A stretch of 48,602 bases of DNA, from NCBI GenBank assembly GCA_000697335.1, contig JNEM01006243.1:1-48602 (forward strand), in the 5' to 3' direction. This document shows positions 22,600 to 36,542 of this stretch, piece after piece. The notes under the pieces were generated by a model. It was given only the letters and a program-made list of their open reading frames with translations. It had not been told where the DNA came from and made no database searches. How positions within the stretch are numbered: position 1 is the stretch's first letter; the number at the start of each line of letters is the position of its first letter. This DNA comes from Conidiobolus incongruus B7586 (lineage: Eukaryota). The translations under genes and the position numbers were made by a program.

Positions 22600-25120
22600 T
22601 AGTTTTAGATTTTTATATTATTACCTTATATTTAAAGTAATGAGAAATTTTTTAATTTCTGATTTTTCAAACATATTATTAGTTTAAAATAAATAAATAT
22701 ATACAAAGTTAATAAGAAATTATATATTTTAAATATATATATATATAATAATTTTTTTGGTTAAAAAATTAACCTTTTAAAATTGGTTGTTTAATTTAAT
22801 TATACTTAAACTAAATAATAATTATCAAAAGTTTTTTATTTTAGTATTAGTATAATTTAACTATAAGCCTTTTAAAATTATTTATAATTTACAAGCAACT
22901 TTTAATAATAAAGTATTATTTAAATTAACAATTTATTACTAAGTAAATTATTTTAAGGTTAAAAGAAAAACTATTTAAAACTTGTTAAAATTTAAAAAAT
23001 TAACTTTAACTGTTATTTTTTTAATTATTAATAAAATGAAAAAATATATTAAAAAGTATTTTTTTATTTTAGTTAAAAAATTATTTAAGTATTTTAATAT
23101 TAGTTTTATAAGTATTTTATATATAATAAAGTTTAAACTCAAATTAATAAATAAAAATATAATATAAATACTTTATAATTTAATTAAAGCTTAAAAAAAA
23201 GTTAAATATTATTATTAAATAAAACTTATTAAAATATTATTAAAAGCTTAAACTTTTATAATAAATAATTATAATTAATAAATCTTAAATTTATATATAT
23301 ATTTTTTTATTAAAATATAAATTAAAATACTAAATTAAGTTAAATTAACCCCTTTTATAAATTTTTTTAAATAAGTATTTTATTAATAAATAAATGTTAA
23401 TTATTATAATAAATTATAATAGTATATACTACTTTTATTTAATTTTTAAAGGAAAATTAATTAATAATAAACTTTATATTGTTTTTTAAATAAAAGTATT
23501 TTTAATTAGTATTTTTATTATAATTTAAGAAAACTTATTATTTTATATCATTATTACAAAATATATAAATCTAAAACTATAAAAAACTTTCTAATTAAAA
23601 ATAATTAGAAAAAACTACCATATCTAATAACCTCTTTAAATTATAGCTTATATAATTATAATTGTTTTAAATAATTAAAAAACTAACTTATAAGAAAAAA
23701 AATTTTATAAAAAAATTTAATTAGTTTGTAAAATATTAAATTTCAATTTTTAATAAAAAAAATTATTTTTTAAGTATTTAATCTGTGTTAAAAGTATAAC
23801 AAAAAGTTATTAATAATAAAAGAAACTATTAAATTTATATTATATATTAATTTTAATCACAAAAAATTCCTATTATTAAAAATATAAAGTAATAATATTA
23901 TATTATTTTGAATCTCACTTAACAAATTTAACTATTTATTTAATTAATTTTACAATTCAAATAAAAATTATTTATAAAAAAATATTTAGTTAGGTAAAAA
24001 AATAAATATTAAAAAATTTTCTATATTAGTGTATATAACTATATATATTTAATAAAACATATAATATTAATGTTATTTGAATACTTATGACCTTTTTATT
24101 TATTATTATTATTAATACTACTCAATCATTATAGTTGAAATAAATTAAAATACTTAAAAATATATTTTATAAATTTAAAATAATTTTTAGTGATTGAAAT
24201 TTTACAAAAATTATATATTGATTTATTTACTAGATTTTTATTTTCTCCATATATTATTATATCAAATAAAGTTTTTAATCAAAGCAATATCAATTAGTTT
24301 ATATATTATTACTTTGAAAATTATATTAAATAAAACTAATATAAATTTATATTTATTGATCTAAATTATTATATCAAAAATTATCTGTGTCTAGTTTGCT
24401 TATTTTTGGTATTTTATCAAAAACATAGCTATATATAATTGCTTTGACTCCCCACTCATATTCAGCTTAGAAATTCAGCTACTTATAATAATAATTATCA
24501 GTTAATTTGATTAAAATAAAATTTCAATCACTTTAATTATTATATCTAATTATTTTTTATTTTAAATTCAAGTTCAATTCATAAAATAAAAGATTTAAGT
24601 TTTTACCTTGTAATATAATTAAATATAATTGATTACATTCATTGATAAAGCTTTCATTATTTTAAAATTGGTATAATATAATTGAATAAATATTTGAACT
24701 ATATATTATTTAATTCTGAATAATAATAATATACTTTTATAATTAATAAAGCTTTATTTTATTAAATATTTCAAAATTTATATGTAAATTATTAATAAGA
24801 AATTCTTTCACTTCTATTGAGTGTATTATATAATGTATTTCAGAACAGATATGACTTTAATATTTGATTAATAAGGTTAAAGAATAAAAGAGTTTTAAAT
24901 TCAAATACATTTTGTTCTATAAATTAGTATTTATCTCAGTCTAAATATTTTTTATTATTATGATATTTCAGAATTTCATTTGATTCAATTGTGAATAATT
25001 TTGTAAGCTGAATTAATAAAATAATACTTAATATTTCATCAATTAAAACATAAAATTACTTTTATTATGTCTTTAATATATACTATTGATAAAATTTAAT
25101 ATTTCTTGTTAATCATTTTT
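22600..25120. other. Extremely AT-rich, deamination-scarred (RIP-like) region, probably a decayed repeat
   Basis: No CpG seen by eye between 21846 and 25120. In ~22800-23800 the surviving C/G sit mostly in ACT/AGT/AGCT contexts, with few CA/TG. Confidence 0.6.
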
Positions 25121-26045
25121 CGAATTATAAATAGATTATTATATTTAATAAACTGAGTATTTTTGATGTAATGCAATCAAATAAATGAATAATTGGGTTT
25201 GGAATAATTAATATTAAATTAATGAGATAAATCATTCAGTTAATTCAATATGCCAATGTTATCAATGAACCGTCCAAGTTGAGCTGTATATAATATTTTT
25301 AATATTATAACTATTCAAAATACTTACTAGTTAATTTTTTCATTAGATTGTTAAAATATATTTGAATGACGCAATAACTAAGAAAATTTTCATTAGAAAA
25401 TTCATTTATAGGTAAAATAGTATGTTAAATGAACTATTCTTTTATTTAAAATAATTGTATAATGAATTGTATATTTTTGAAGAAATTAATAATATTTTAA
25501 AATAATTTTTATAGCATAATCATAATTATATAATTCAACTTCTTCCAATTATTATTAGTTCCTAATTTTTGTGATGAGGTATTTTTATAGTTGAATTCTG
25601 AAATAATTTGAAAAATAATAATGTATACTGAAATTAAAGCAATTATCTTATTCAAAGACAAATTAAAAACATTAAAAAATTAATTAATTTATACTGGATT
25701 TTTTTTTTGAGTTTTATAACATATTTGAAATATGTTATTGTCTTAATTTAATTATAACGTGTATAAATCCGTTAATTTGATTGTAAAATAATCAATGTAA
25801 AGATTGATTTGAAAATAAATCCCATAAGGAAAATTAAATTATATTGAATAATACAATTAAATTAATGATAACAGTACAAAACCTCAGCAACCATTGCAAC
25901 TTATCACCTTTTAATTAAAAAAGAATTAGTTATTATTTTTGAAATCAACCAAAGCTTTAATTATTCAATTGTAGAAATCAGTCCAATTTTAATTAAGTTT
26001 TAGTACTATTTAGTAAATTTGAAATTAGCTTATTTTTTTAAAAAA

Positions 26046-26450
26046 ATGTCTATGAGATCTGTTCAACAAATTCACTTGACTAAAACTCATTTAACTCAAT
26101 CAAGTGCTTCTCAAGAGCCTCAATCCCCAACGGAATCCTTCGCTGAAGTTGAAGATACTGTTGACGATACACATATCACCGATATTGAATTAGAATCTAT
26201 CACTTCTTCCAACTGCTCTACACCCAATCCCAATTTACCTCAGCCTCCTCTCCAAACCAAAGACTTGATCCCAGCACTCTCCGTATTATTACCACCTCAA
26301 CATTACGTCACATATACGCAATTCTTCCTCTATAACTTATTTTTTCCATTCGTCGCAGGTTTCTTTGGTGGTATCGGCGAAATTTTTGCAGGAGAATTGA
26401 CAAGATATTGGGGTTGGAAATCTACCAATTTACAATTTTTAAGAAAGTAA
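26046..26450 (+). CDS. MIM1: Mitochondrial outer membrane import protein Mim1/Tom13
   Basis: YNLFFPFVAGFFGGIGEIFAGELTRYWGW matches the Mim1 NL.LPF..G...G.GE.FA.E....GW signature. Acidic N-terminus. First ATG at 26046. Confidence 0.85.
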   Translation: MSMRSVQQIHLTKTHLTQSSASQEPQSPTESFAEVEDTVDDTHITDIELESITSSNCSTPNPNLPQPPLQTKDLIPALSVLLPPQHYVTYTQFFLYNLFFPFVAGFFGGIGEIFAGELTRYWGWKSTNLQFLRK

Positions 26451-27274
26451 AATATCCACATATATATAATTTATATTTAAAATTTATTTATTATGTATAT
26501 TATAATTTAATAACTCAATTTCTAAGACGCTATATAATCCAGTCACATTTTAGAAATGGGTTAAAATAATTTTAATTTATCAATTACTATTGACTGGATT
26601 ATCATTTACCAAATATTTTGTTTGATATGATGAAAATTTGTTAGGGATTGAATGAGATCATTTGGATTAAATTTCAGTTATCCATTCACAAATGATTAGC
26701 ATTAATCCCCTCATTATTATCATTCTGAGTCAATTCAACAACTCATTTTATTGGTGTTGATCATCCTGATTAATTCCAATCTATTTAAATTTTTTATCTA
26801 CATTTTTAAGATCACTATAATTAACATTTTGATAATATATAGTATATTATCAGGTTTGATACTATATACTTATATTATATTTAAATGATATATTATTGAT
26901 TAATACGATTGAACTGAATAACATAATATGAATAAATATCATATGATCCTCTAATGTTATTCATTACCAAATTAACCTGAATAAAGTTTCATCAAATTTT
27001 AAACTATTTCAACTAAAAATTAACAATAATTGGTTTTTTATTTATAAAAAGCAATTGATTCAGGATTAAACATCATTCTCTCTCTTTCTCTCTCCTCAAT
27101 TCATTATCTAACTTTCATTTGTAAAAAAGTTGCAGATTTATTATTACTTTCACTTTTGAATGAATTTATTATTATCATTCAATTACTCTCACATACTTTT
27201 ATAATCAATTTTAACAGTCATATCAACAAAAATATTCAATATAAATTTAACAGCTTTAATACATTTAATTCAAA

Positions 27275-28749
27275 ATGAATTCTCAAATATTGAATAAAGG
27301 TAACACCTTTCAAAAGAATGCAACTCCCCCTAACGGTTTAATAGCTAAATACTTTTATAATATTGAAAGTTTTCAGTTGACTATTATAGCTATTTTAAGT
27401 TTATTAAGTCTGAACTATTTTAATATGAAAATATTAAAATTTATTGTTCAATACTTTATGGATAAGTCGACTATCAGTATCAAAAGTACCAAAGTGACGG
27501 ACCCTACGGAAAGGAGTATTAGAATGTTGTGTGAGTCTACTGTAATTAGTAAAAGTCCTCTAGGAGCTCAAGTCCAATTTGAGGGCCCTGCCCAAATGGG
27601 TTTCGTTAACCCTGAAGGGGAGACTATTTGGTTTGGCGAGTCCGAAATGCCTATTCTCAACTTGAAACCAGGAGCTGAACAGACTTTGGAATTACCTTTA
27701 CATGTTATTTTTAAGGATAATAAGCAATTTGGTCAATTTAATAAGTTGTTAATGCTTCAAAAGAAGGTAAAACTGGTCATGAAGGGCTTTGTTACCGTTA
27801 AATGTTTAGGGTTTTTGAGGATTAAAGGTGTTTTGATGAATAAGATTATTGAAATTAATGGTAATTAATTTCATATATTTATTACATATTGAATTTATTT
27901 GAGTGATTGAATTTGATTCAACGTTTAGGTATGGATGGTCTTAGCCAAATTAGCATTAAAGATGTGATGGTCAAGAAGGGAGATCGTACTAAAGTTGAGA
28001 TTGCTGTGAACTGCAAGATGATTAATCCTTCGGATGTCAGCATGACACTTGACAAAGTTTGGTTCAACTTATATTATAAAGATGTAGCAGTTGGAACTGT
28101 GTCTATTTCACCACTAAAATTAGCTCCAGGAGAGAACTCGCCGCCAACAAAGGTATTTTTCCATCCTGACCCCAACAATCCTCAAGCCATCGAAATGGGT
28201 CGTGAGCTAATGTCTAACTTTACCAAAGGAGTGGATTCTGAGACCAGTATCAGAGGCAACCATCCTAACAAACAGCTCCCCTCCTATCTTGCTGAAGGCA
28301 TGTCGGGACTTTGTATCACAACTACCTTAAACGGCCTCTCGATTCCTCTCCTTAAGAGTGCCAAAATGAGTATTAGCCCACTTGATTTAGTCATGTCTAT
28401 GGCTGCATTTTCAGTACCCACCAGATTAATGACTACCAATCCTTTCGATGAAGATTTCTACATTGTAAAGATTAATTCCGAAGCAATAGTTAAAGGTGTG
28501 AATATTGGTAGTTTGAATGCTGATCACAGCAGCTATCCTATAAAGATCTCTAGACGCTCCACTGTCGAAACTGGCTTAATGACGATGAAACTCAACCCCT
28601 TGGTTGAAGGTTTTGGTGCAGTGGCGACGACTTTGGGCGAAGGCAATATGACAGCAGATATTAAAGCCACAATTGATGCCAAGGTTGGTAACTATAGTAT
28701 GATCATTGATTATGAGCAGCAACAAGTACCTATTATTGTCGGACTCTAA
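27275..28749 (+). CDS. Tag1/DUF3712-like membrane-anchored LEA_2-type repeat protein (2 exons)
   Basis: Intron 27861-27928 joins ..IEING/MDGL.. in frame. N-terminal TM, FGQFNKLL, KIIEINGMDGL, INPSDVSMTLDKVWFNLYY..VG...L.L.PGEN and NPF motifs typical of DUF3712 proteins. Confidence 0.8.
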
Positions 28750-29488
28750 TTCATTAAATGTATATATATGGATTTATGAGGTTATTAGCATTGCCTTCAC
28801 ATTATACATTGTGATAATAAACTTGCTATCAAATGTTACCCTTTAACAATATTTTTTTGAAAAATATAACATTTATTTGCAATTTGTGAAACTTTACCAA
28901 ATATCAAATTCATATCTTGATAAAGAAGTCTGCATGCTCATATTAGGAGTTAAATTGATTTCTCAAGCCATTGATTTTTCATAGATGAATTATCAGCTCC
29001 TTTATAAATCATAATTTCAATTCTCCAATTTTTATATTTGTATACTATTAATCTCAAAGATTATTATCATAATTATTGGAATTTTCCAAATATTTTGAAA
29101 ATTTAATAACACCCAAACTCAATTTATCTTATTATGACATCCGATTTTTGATATCAACTATTTTGGGAATCAAAAAAAAAATAATAAGTTAATAAAGAGA
29201 ATATATTACATTTATCTAATGTATTTGGTAAAATTTAATTTAAAAAATAGTATTTATAGTTATAAATAATCAAGATAACTATAATATATTACATCATGTA
29301 TATTTATAATTATATTTATATTTTTATTTTTATTTGAGAAAATTTTTGATAAATATTTTGTATTAGAATTATATTAGATTGATATAATATCATTAATAAT
29401 CAATATTTTATTAATAGAATAAAAATAATATCATGATATTTCAAAGTATTTAAAACTTGATCATATTTTTTTTGAAGATTATTAAATT

Positions 29489-29779
29489 TTAATAACCTTC
29501 ATAACCATATCCACTGTTACCATAATTTTCATAACTGTCATAATAGTCTCCATCGTAGTGAACATCTCCATAATCGTTATAATGATTATCGTCATAGTGG
29601 CCATCCCACCTATCCAAATGAATTGGCCTTTTACTGCCTCCAGCTTTAAATTCAGCGTTTAACTTAGAAATATCATAACCCTGAGTTGCCGCGACCTGGT
29701 TGTTGTAAGAATAACTAACTGGGCTTGAGTAGATAGTGCCAATCAAAGTCAAAATAACGGTAGGCAAAATAGATAGCAT
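29489..29779 (-). CDS. Small secreted Tyr/Gly/Asp-rich protein
   Basis: Signal-peptide-like MLSILPTVILTLIGTIYS-SP, a KR dibasic site, and a low-complexity Y/G/D/N/H-rich C-terminus. GC is elevated relative to the flanks. Confidence 0.75.
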   Translation of the reverse strand: MLSILPTVILTLIGTIYSSPVSYSYNNQVAATQGYDISKLNAEFKAGGSKRPIHLDRWDGHYDDNHYNDYGDVHYDGDYYDSYENYGNSGYGYEGY

Positions 29780-31695
29780 TTTGTTTTGAATAATTTATCA
29801 CACAGTAATAATTAATAGAATTTTATAAAATTTAATAATTTTTTGATTGAATGAATGATTACTAACTGATGGTTATATATAAAGTTACAATGCAACTCAA
29901 GAAACTTGGATACCTCCTGATCCCACATTCTCCAAACTCACCCTAGTAATTATTACCCAAGTTAAGATTCAAATTGGGGCAATTGGTACCAATTCATGCA
30001 AATTGGAATTTCTGTTAATTTGATTTGCATTTGTTATAATTTCCCCATCTCAAATATTTCTATTGAATGTAAATTGGAGTATTGGCCATTATGATTTGAT
30101 ATTTGATGTTCTTAGGATTACTATTATTGTACGAATTGATATTTTGATAACGGTCAGACGGACCAATTAAATTGATTAGAACTCATTAACCTGATAACTG
30201 ACGTGGGGTAATTACATTGGTGTCTTCGTATTAAAGAACCCATAAAACTATCCTGAGAAGCAAAGAAACTTTGATACATTATATCATCATTTGTTAAAGA
30301 GGTTATCTTGAATATCTTTATCATGTGATTATTTTTTATTTGATTTAACTCTTATTATCTTCAACTATTAAGGTAATAATATTATTTGGTACTTATATGA
30401 TTTCATAGATCTACTTCGAAATTTGAAAGCTAAAAATATTGTCAAAGTACTTTATTCAATATCAGTGAAAAGATTTCGAAGTTAATTTTGGATATTCTGA
30501 TATTAATTGAAACTAACGGAAAATTGAAACATAAAAATTTAACTGTAGTAATAGTGAGTGATAAATAATTTTGAATTTATATGAATTAATTATTTAAATA
30601 TTATTTAATAATTATAATAAAAATTAAAACTATTACATAAATTTATATTTTTTGGACTATATTAAAATTTTTGAAGTACACTATATAATAAGAAATTTAC
30701 TCATTTGATTGGTAATACTGGAATCTGATGATTTATTTAATAATTTTTCTATTCCTAAATAATCAAAAAAAATAATTTTGTTCAAATTTGAATTAGTCAA
30801 TTTATTAATTTAATTCGATAATTAATTGGAAAATTAAAACCACAATTTTGATGCTAAACACTTATATAATATTAAAATGTTAAAAATAGATATTGATTTT
30901 TGTTCAAAATGTGACTAAAATCGTTAGATAATAGGGTATATTAAAGTGATAATGAAAAATAAGCTCAAAATATGAATTTTAAGAAAAATTCTAACTTTAT
31001 CAGAATTATATTAATATTAAATAACGAAATTGATTTGATATATCCAATCCATATAATCATTTCATATTCTAGATAATTACAATAGTAATATATTTAATCA
31101 ATACTTCCTATTGTGAAATTAAAGTTTAAAGTAAAATATACTTTATTGTTCGATTTTATAATAAATAATATCTTATTGAAAGTAATGTATTTCATTTTGA
31201 AATGAAATATATTAAGCAAATAGATTTCAATATTTGAATTATTTTTATAATGCATATAATTAACATTTTATATTTTTGAAATCAAATTTTGTCCAATAAT
31301 TTGGATTAAAATTATTTTAAATGAAATTGTATCATTATACTAAATACTATTGTTATCAAAAACTAATAATATGTTTATAATGAAATTATATATAATAACC
31401 CAACAAGGGTGAGTATTTTATGATTAAATAATAAATCAATCAAAGGATATATTATAATGAATAATGTGAGACTACAACCTAAATCGATATATACATATCA
31501 CAATTCAATTCAGCATAATATTTGAATTAATTGGGAAATTTATTATCCCTTATAAAATTATCCCATGAATATGAAATTTGAATTAAAATTAATATAAAAC
31601 GAATGATTACATAGTCCATTTAATTATTACAACTATTAACTTCATTTAAAATTTATTGATTATTGATATTTGATAATTATAAAATACTATAAATT

Positions 31696-34528
31696 ATGGC
31701 TATACGAAATCTCGAGGGTAATAATAATAATAATAATAATATATCAATGGTTATTCAATGTATTAATGATGATTTAGTATTTTTAAAATCTAAAAATCTT
31801 GTTCATAAGAGTCCTATTTCCACTTTGAACGACTGTCGATTGGCGATAGATGGTCATATTTGGTTAAAGCAATTAATTTTAAAATTTCCACAAGATTTTA
31901 CAACTATTGTAATGGGTGGTATTCCTTTGGGTTTAAGTGTTAATATTCATAAAGAATTGGACTATATTGAGTAAACTTAGTCTTTTAATTTTGTTAAATT
32001 AATTATTGAATGGTCAAATTTAGAGAGAATAATATACACCCTATTTTTGTGTTTTCAGGTTTAAATCTCAATAAAAATGAAAACCCTTTCGTAGATCATT
32101 TTAACCAAGCTGAATCTAAAAAATCTGGTTGGGATGCCTACGAACAGGGCAATTCCGATTTAGCTTCAAGTCTTTGGAAGAATTCAGGTAAACTTAAATA
32201 ATGATTTTTGCATTTTATTAAAACTAAGTATTTATATGAATTAGTCAATATACATCATGCTGATATTCTTGGTCTCGTGTTTTCCATTTTTCATGATAGA
32301 AATATTGAATTTATTAGAGCTCCTTATTTGTGCTCAGCTCAGGTACATCATTTTAATTTGATTAAAAATCAATATTGACATTTTGGTTAGCTGGCTTACT
32401 TAGTGAATAAACCTCTCGTTCATGCTGTCTATAGTGATAGTGAACTCATTGTCTATGATGTTGATAATATTATCTCTGAAATGGATTTCAAGGTAACTAC
32501 AACAGTTTAGTTTGAATTCCATATATGCTAATTTTGATTGCATTAAATAGGAAGGAACATTCAGTTGGTACTCTCGCGACGAGATCATCAAATACATGAA
32601 AGTTACTGTTGAGCAATTCATTGATATCTGCTTACTTTCTGGCACTCGAAATTTATCTACAATGCCTGTTTTATCTCCCAAAGGGTCTACTTATTTTAAT
32701 GGTTAGTAAGTTGATAACCTTGAGGATTTGTAATACTAATATATGGTTTTACAGCTGCTTGGGAAATGGTTAACCAACACCGCAATGCTCAAAATATTCT
32801 TGCCACACTCGTAGATAATCCAAAAGTAACTACATTTTTATATTTATTTCTATTGTTGTTTATTTATTTTAATTTTTTAGCTTACAAAATTACGATATTT
32901 TGAAAATTTTAACAGAATACGCTACTCTATCAAGTATCATATGGTGATGAACGATGAGGGCTTGCCTAATCCGCTCTCTTCACAAGCACCACCTCCTGAT
33001 GCATTGGATTTTTTAGGCAATAAATTACCAAATGAATTTTACTACTACCTTGCACAAGGTCTCATTGGACCAGATGTATATTTTAACAAAATATTTTTAA
33101 ACCAAATATTAATGGATTTTTTAGGTTATGAATTATCTTGTTCACGGCTTCTGGAATGAATATGCTCCATTGTGTAATGGTGAGTTTACCGAATACCACC
33201 AACTCCTTGACGATTTATCTCCTCTCCGCTCACAAATCCTCTACTTGGCTACTCAGCATCTCAATAATTACTATAAGGGTCGCGAAGTGGTAGGTACCCT
33301 AATACTCTTTAGATTTTATTTATTTTTCCATTTTTGCGAATCTTGTTTGTTAATTTGATCCCTTTTACATATTTTATCTAGTTTCTAGAATGAGGATTAA
33401 CTAAAATATATTTGTCTAGGTTACTATCTACTGGTATGACCCCAGAACTCACCATACTTTGAATAGCTTTAGCGATGTTCAAATGCCTAAATTAATGACA
33501 GCTAAGTGGCGCTGTGAGCAAGCGTCTCTCGATGAAGAAAAAGCCCGTCAAAAGGTAATATTTATACAACCTTAAAATTTACTGTGTATAATAACAATTT
33601 TTATAGAGCCAGAATCTAATTGATTTATCGTTCCTCGTTAGAGCTTCAGAATCTGAATCATTCTTAAAATTACAGTCCGACTCCCCTGTTACGCTTGAAT
33701 CTGCTGAGCAGATTGTGGCCACTGCCCTTATGAGATTTCTAGAGTTTAGAGGTTTGATTAATGTTCCACAAGTATCAACCACTTATGGTAATACTCTTAT
33801 CAAAGCACTTAACACAGCCCACAAATCTGATGGAACTCAGCCAAGAGACTTTACCGAAGAGTTAATTGTTGCTCTAGAACTCATTCGGTTGGGCGTCTTA
33901 CACGACAATCCATACTCCAAAGAGCATCCTGAACCCCTCCTTCCCAACGTCTCTGACGAAGATAAGCAGCATGTTCGCCTTATTTCTCGCGTCTTAAGCT
34001 TACTTCCAGTCACATTCTCTAGCGCACCCTGGGTTGGTCCCGTTGACCATAACCTCCTATGCTTCCACAGCTGCGTAAAGCTCCTTTATGGAAATCTCCG
34101 CAATGTAGTTGAAATGACTGTTCTATCTATTTTCCTCTCCAAGGAATGCAGGATTGAGCGAGATGATTACACTACTATCTCTCTCATGCTTCCCTTCTTG
34201 CAAGAGGCCAACACTGCATTGGGAGTGATGGCCAAGACCTATTTAAATAAGACATGCGCTAAACCCGATATTCAGGTTGACCGTTGGTTGGAGAGTGACG
34301 AATTACCTAAACTATTCCCATGCTGCTATAATATTAAAGAAGAGCTTCAGAATGGTTTCCAATTCTGGGATCAGGTAAATACAATTTATTAATATTAGTT
34401 ATCCATTATTAATCTATTTATATTTTTAGTTAACTGCTGCTGTTTCTACTCTTGATCAAACCCAGAATTCAGCCATTGTCAACGCATTTAAGGATGCTGA
34501 CGCTTGGCTCTCTAAAAAAAGATTTTAA
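31696..34528 (+). CDS. MKT1: Mkt1 post-transcriptional regulator (XPG/PIN-like), multi-exon
   Basis: MAIRNLE/VFLK..STLNDCRLAIDGHIWL, MGGIPLGL, IHPIFVFSGL, EFIRAPYLCSAQ/LAYL, FIDICLLSG, PPDALDFLGNKLPNEFYYYLAQGLIGP, APLCNGE, WVGPVDHNLLCFHS, LPFLQEANTALG, FQFWD, ending AFKDADAWLSKKRF*. Confidence 0.92.
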
Positions 34529-36542
34529 ATAAAATGTTTTTCTGTCATTAATATAATGACAAAAATATAATCATCTAATTAGTTTTTAAATTAATTTTAC
34601 TTATTTAATATATTATTTATTGATAGATTTAGAACAAAGATTTTTTAGTGAATTTTCTTCCATTCAATAAAGTTCAATATGAATGGCTATCTTAAGTAAT
34701 GTTTGGTTTTATTCTTTTAATTACACCTGGATTTTGCAAATATTCAACCTTTAAATTTTTTCAATTATTTCTGAAAATATCAAATAAAATTAATAATGAA
34801 TGAATAAATGTAGGGTTCAATAATTTTATGATCATTAAATTTAATATTAAGCGTGTAATTTGTAAATTTTTATAAACATTATACCCTCTTAATTTATATA
34901 TTATATAGAGTGAATATATATTTGGAATATTTCAGTTAATAAGCCTTAGATCATATCTTATTTTAATATAATTGTCAATTTTAAAAGTATATATCTACGA
35001 TTAATAAATTGATTATAGCAATCTCTAAAATTAATTAAGATATTATAAATAATCCTGTTTATATTGATTTAGATGCATATTTATTTCTTTGGTGAAATAT
35101 AAATAACATTTTAGATTATTTTCTAGATTCATAAAATAATTGAAATATTATTTCTAATTAAGAATTTTTTTTATATTCATTTTAATATATATTGTCAGAA
35201 ATTAATAAAATATTAAATATCGTCCCAAAAGTATTAATATCAAAATTATTGATATAGTTTTCATGTTTTCTTATTTGCGAATACTCAATGTGGCAATGTA
35301 AAATGCAAATTTTGCAGAATTTTAAATTAAACTTGAATTCCTGTAAACATTCTTTCAAAAGTATATTCTTTCAGAATTGATGTAATATTTATTATTTATT
35401 TGTAAAATTAATAGCTGTGTATATTAAATATTAAATAGTACAATGAATATAAATATATTTTCATATGAATAGACATATTCCTAACATTTAAATAGTCTAA
35501 GTTGGCAAATAATAAATATTATTACTCTCCATATTTGATTGTATTAGAATCTTAATGTTAATTTTGTTGTAGAAAGTTGCGACTTTAAAGTTAACTTTTT
35601 CTATATATTTAGCTAGTACTATAAAATTAAAAAGTTACTGATGATGTAATGATTAATAATGAATAGATAATAGTATGTTGAGTTGGTTTTACCACCGATT
35701 TATCATGTAATAAAATTTATTAATGTTGTGACAACTAAATACTCATTTTACAAATTTCAATAATTATTTCGAATGTTGAATCATTTATTACGTTCAACCT
35801 TTTGCTTTATTGGTGATATTGAAAATAAATTTTTGAACTAGGCCTAAATATAGATATTTTTAATAAAATAATAAAGATATGCAACTGAATTCTATTACAA
35901 CAATAAATTATATGAAATTTTATAATATAAAATTTTCATGATTAGAGGCTAATTAATTATTCTTAATAGAAAGAGTTACTATAAACAATAATAAAATCTT
36001 ACGGTTTCAAGCATCTACTATATAAATATTTTTACATAAATAAATCGAACTTGATTGATCATTAACGATTTTCATATAATGTCCATAATATAAGTGCATA
36101 GCATTGATAGATAAAGAATAATGTTAATTGAATATGTTTGACAATCATTTTCAATCAAGTATATGCAATAACCAGTGACTGTATTCAGCCCACTCCCACA
36201 ACCCAATTTTATTTTTTTTCAAATTCCCATACTAATCCAATATCAAAACAAACCATAACATATTCCTTAGATTTATTAACAGTACTATTCAAATCTATCA
36301 AAGAATATTTTTTAATATAAAATCTTTTTTATTATTTATAATAGTTATTCAATATTAAAAAATAATTTTTATAATATTTTAATTAATTTTTGTACATGGT
36401 TAATTGAATAAATTACAGTTATAAATAGAATCGATATACTAATCTCTATTCAAATTATATAAGCAATAATTAGTAAATAATATAAAAATATTGGCTATTA
36501 CGCTCTATTAAAACAGAATATTGGACACTTTATTAACCAAAA

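Noticed and set aside
22982..23167. 61-aa K/I/F/L-rich ORF, or an organellar insertion
   Set aside because: Compositional artefact of extremely AT-rich DNA. No mitochondrial gene motifs seen.
31719..31741. Poly-Asn tract in the MKT1 ORF call
   Set aside because: The (AAT)n run lies inside the first intron. Splicing gives MAIRNLE/VFLK.
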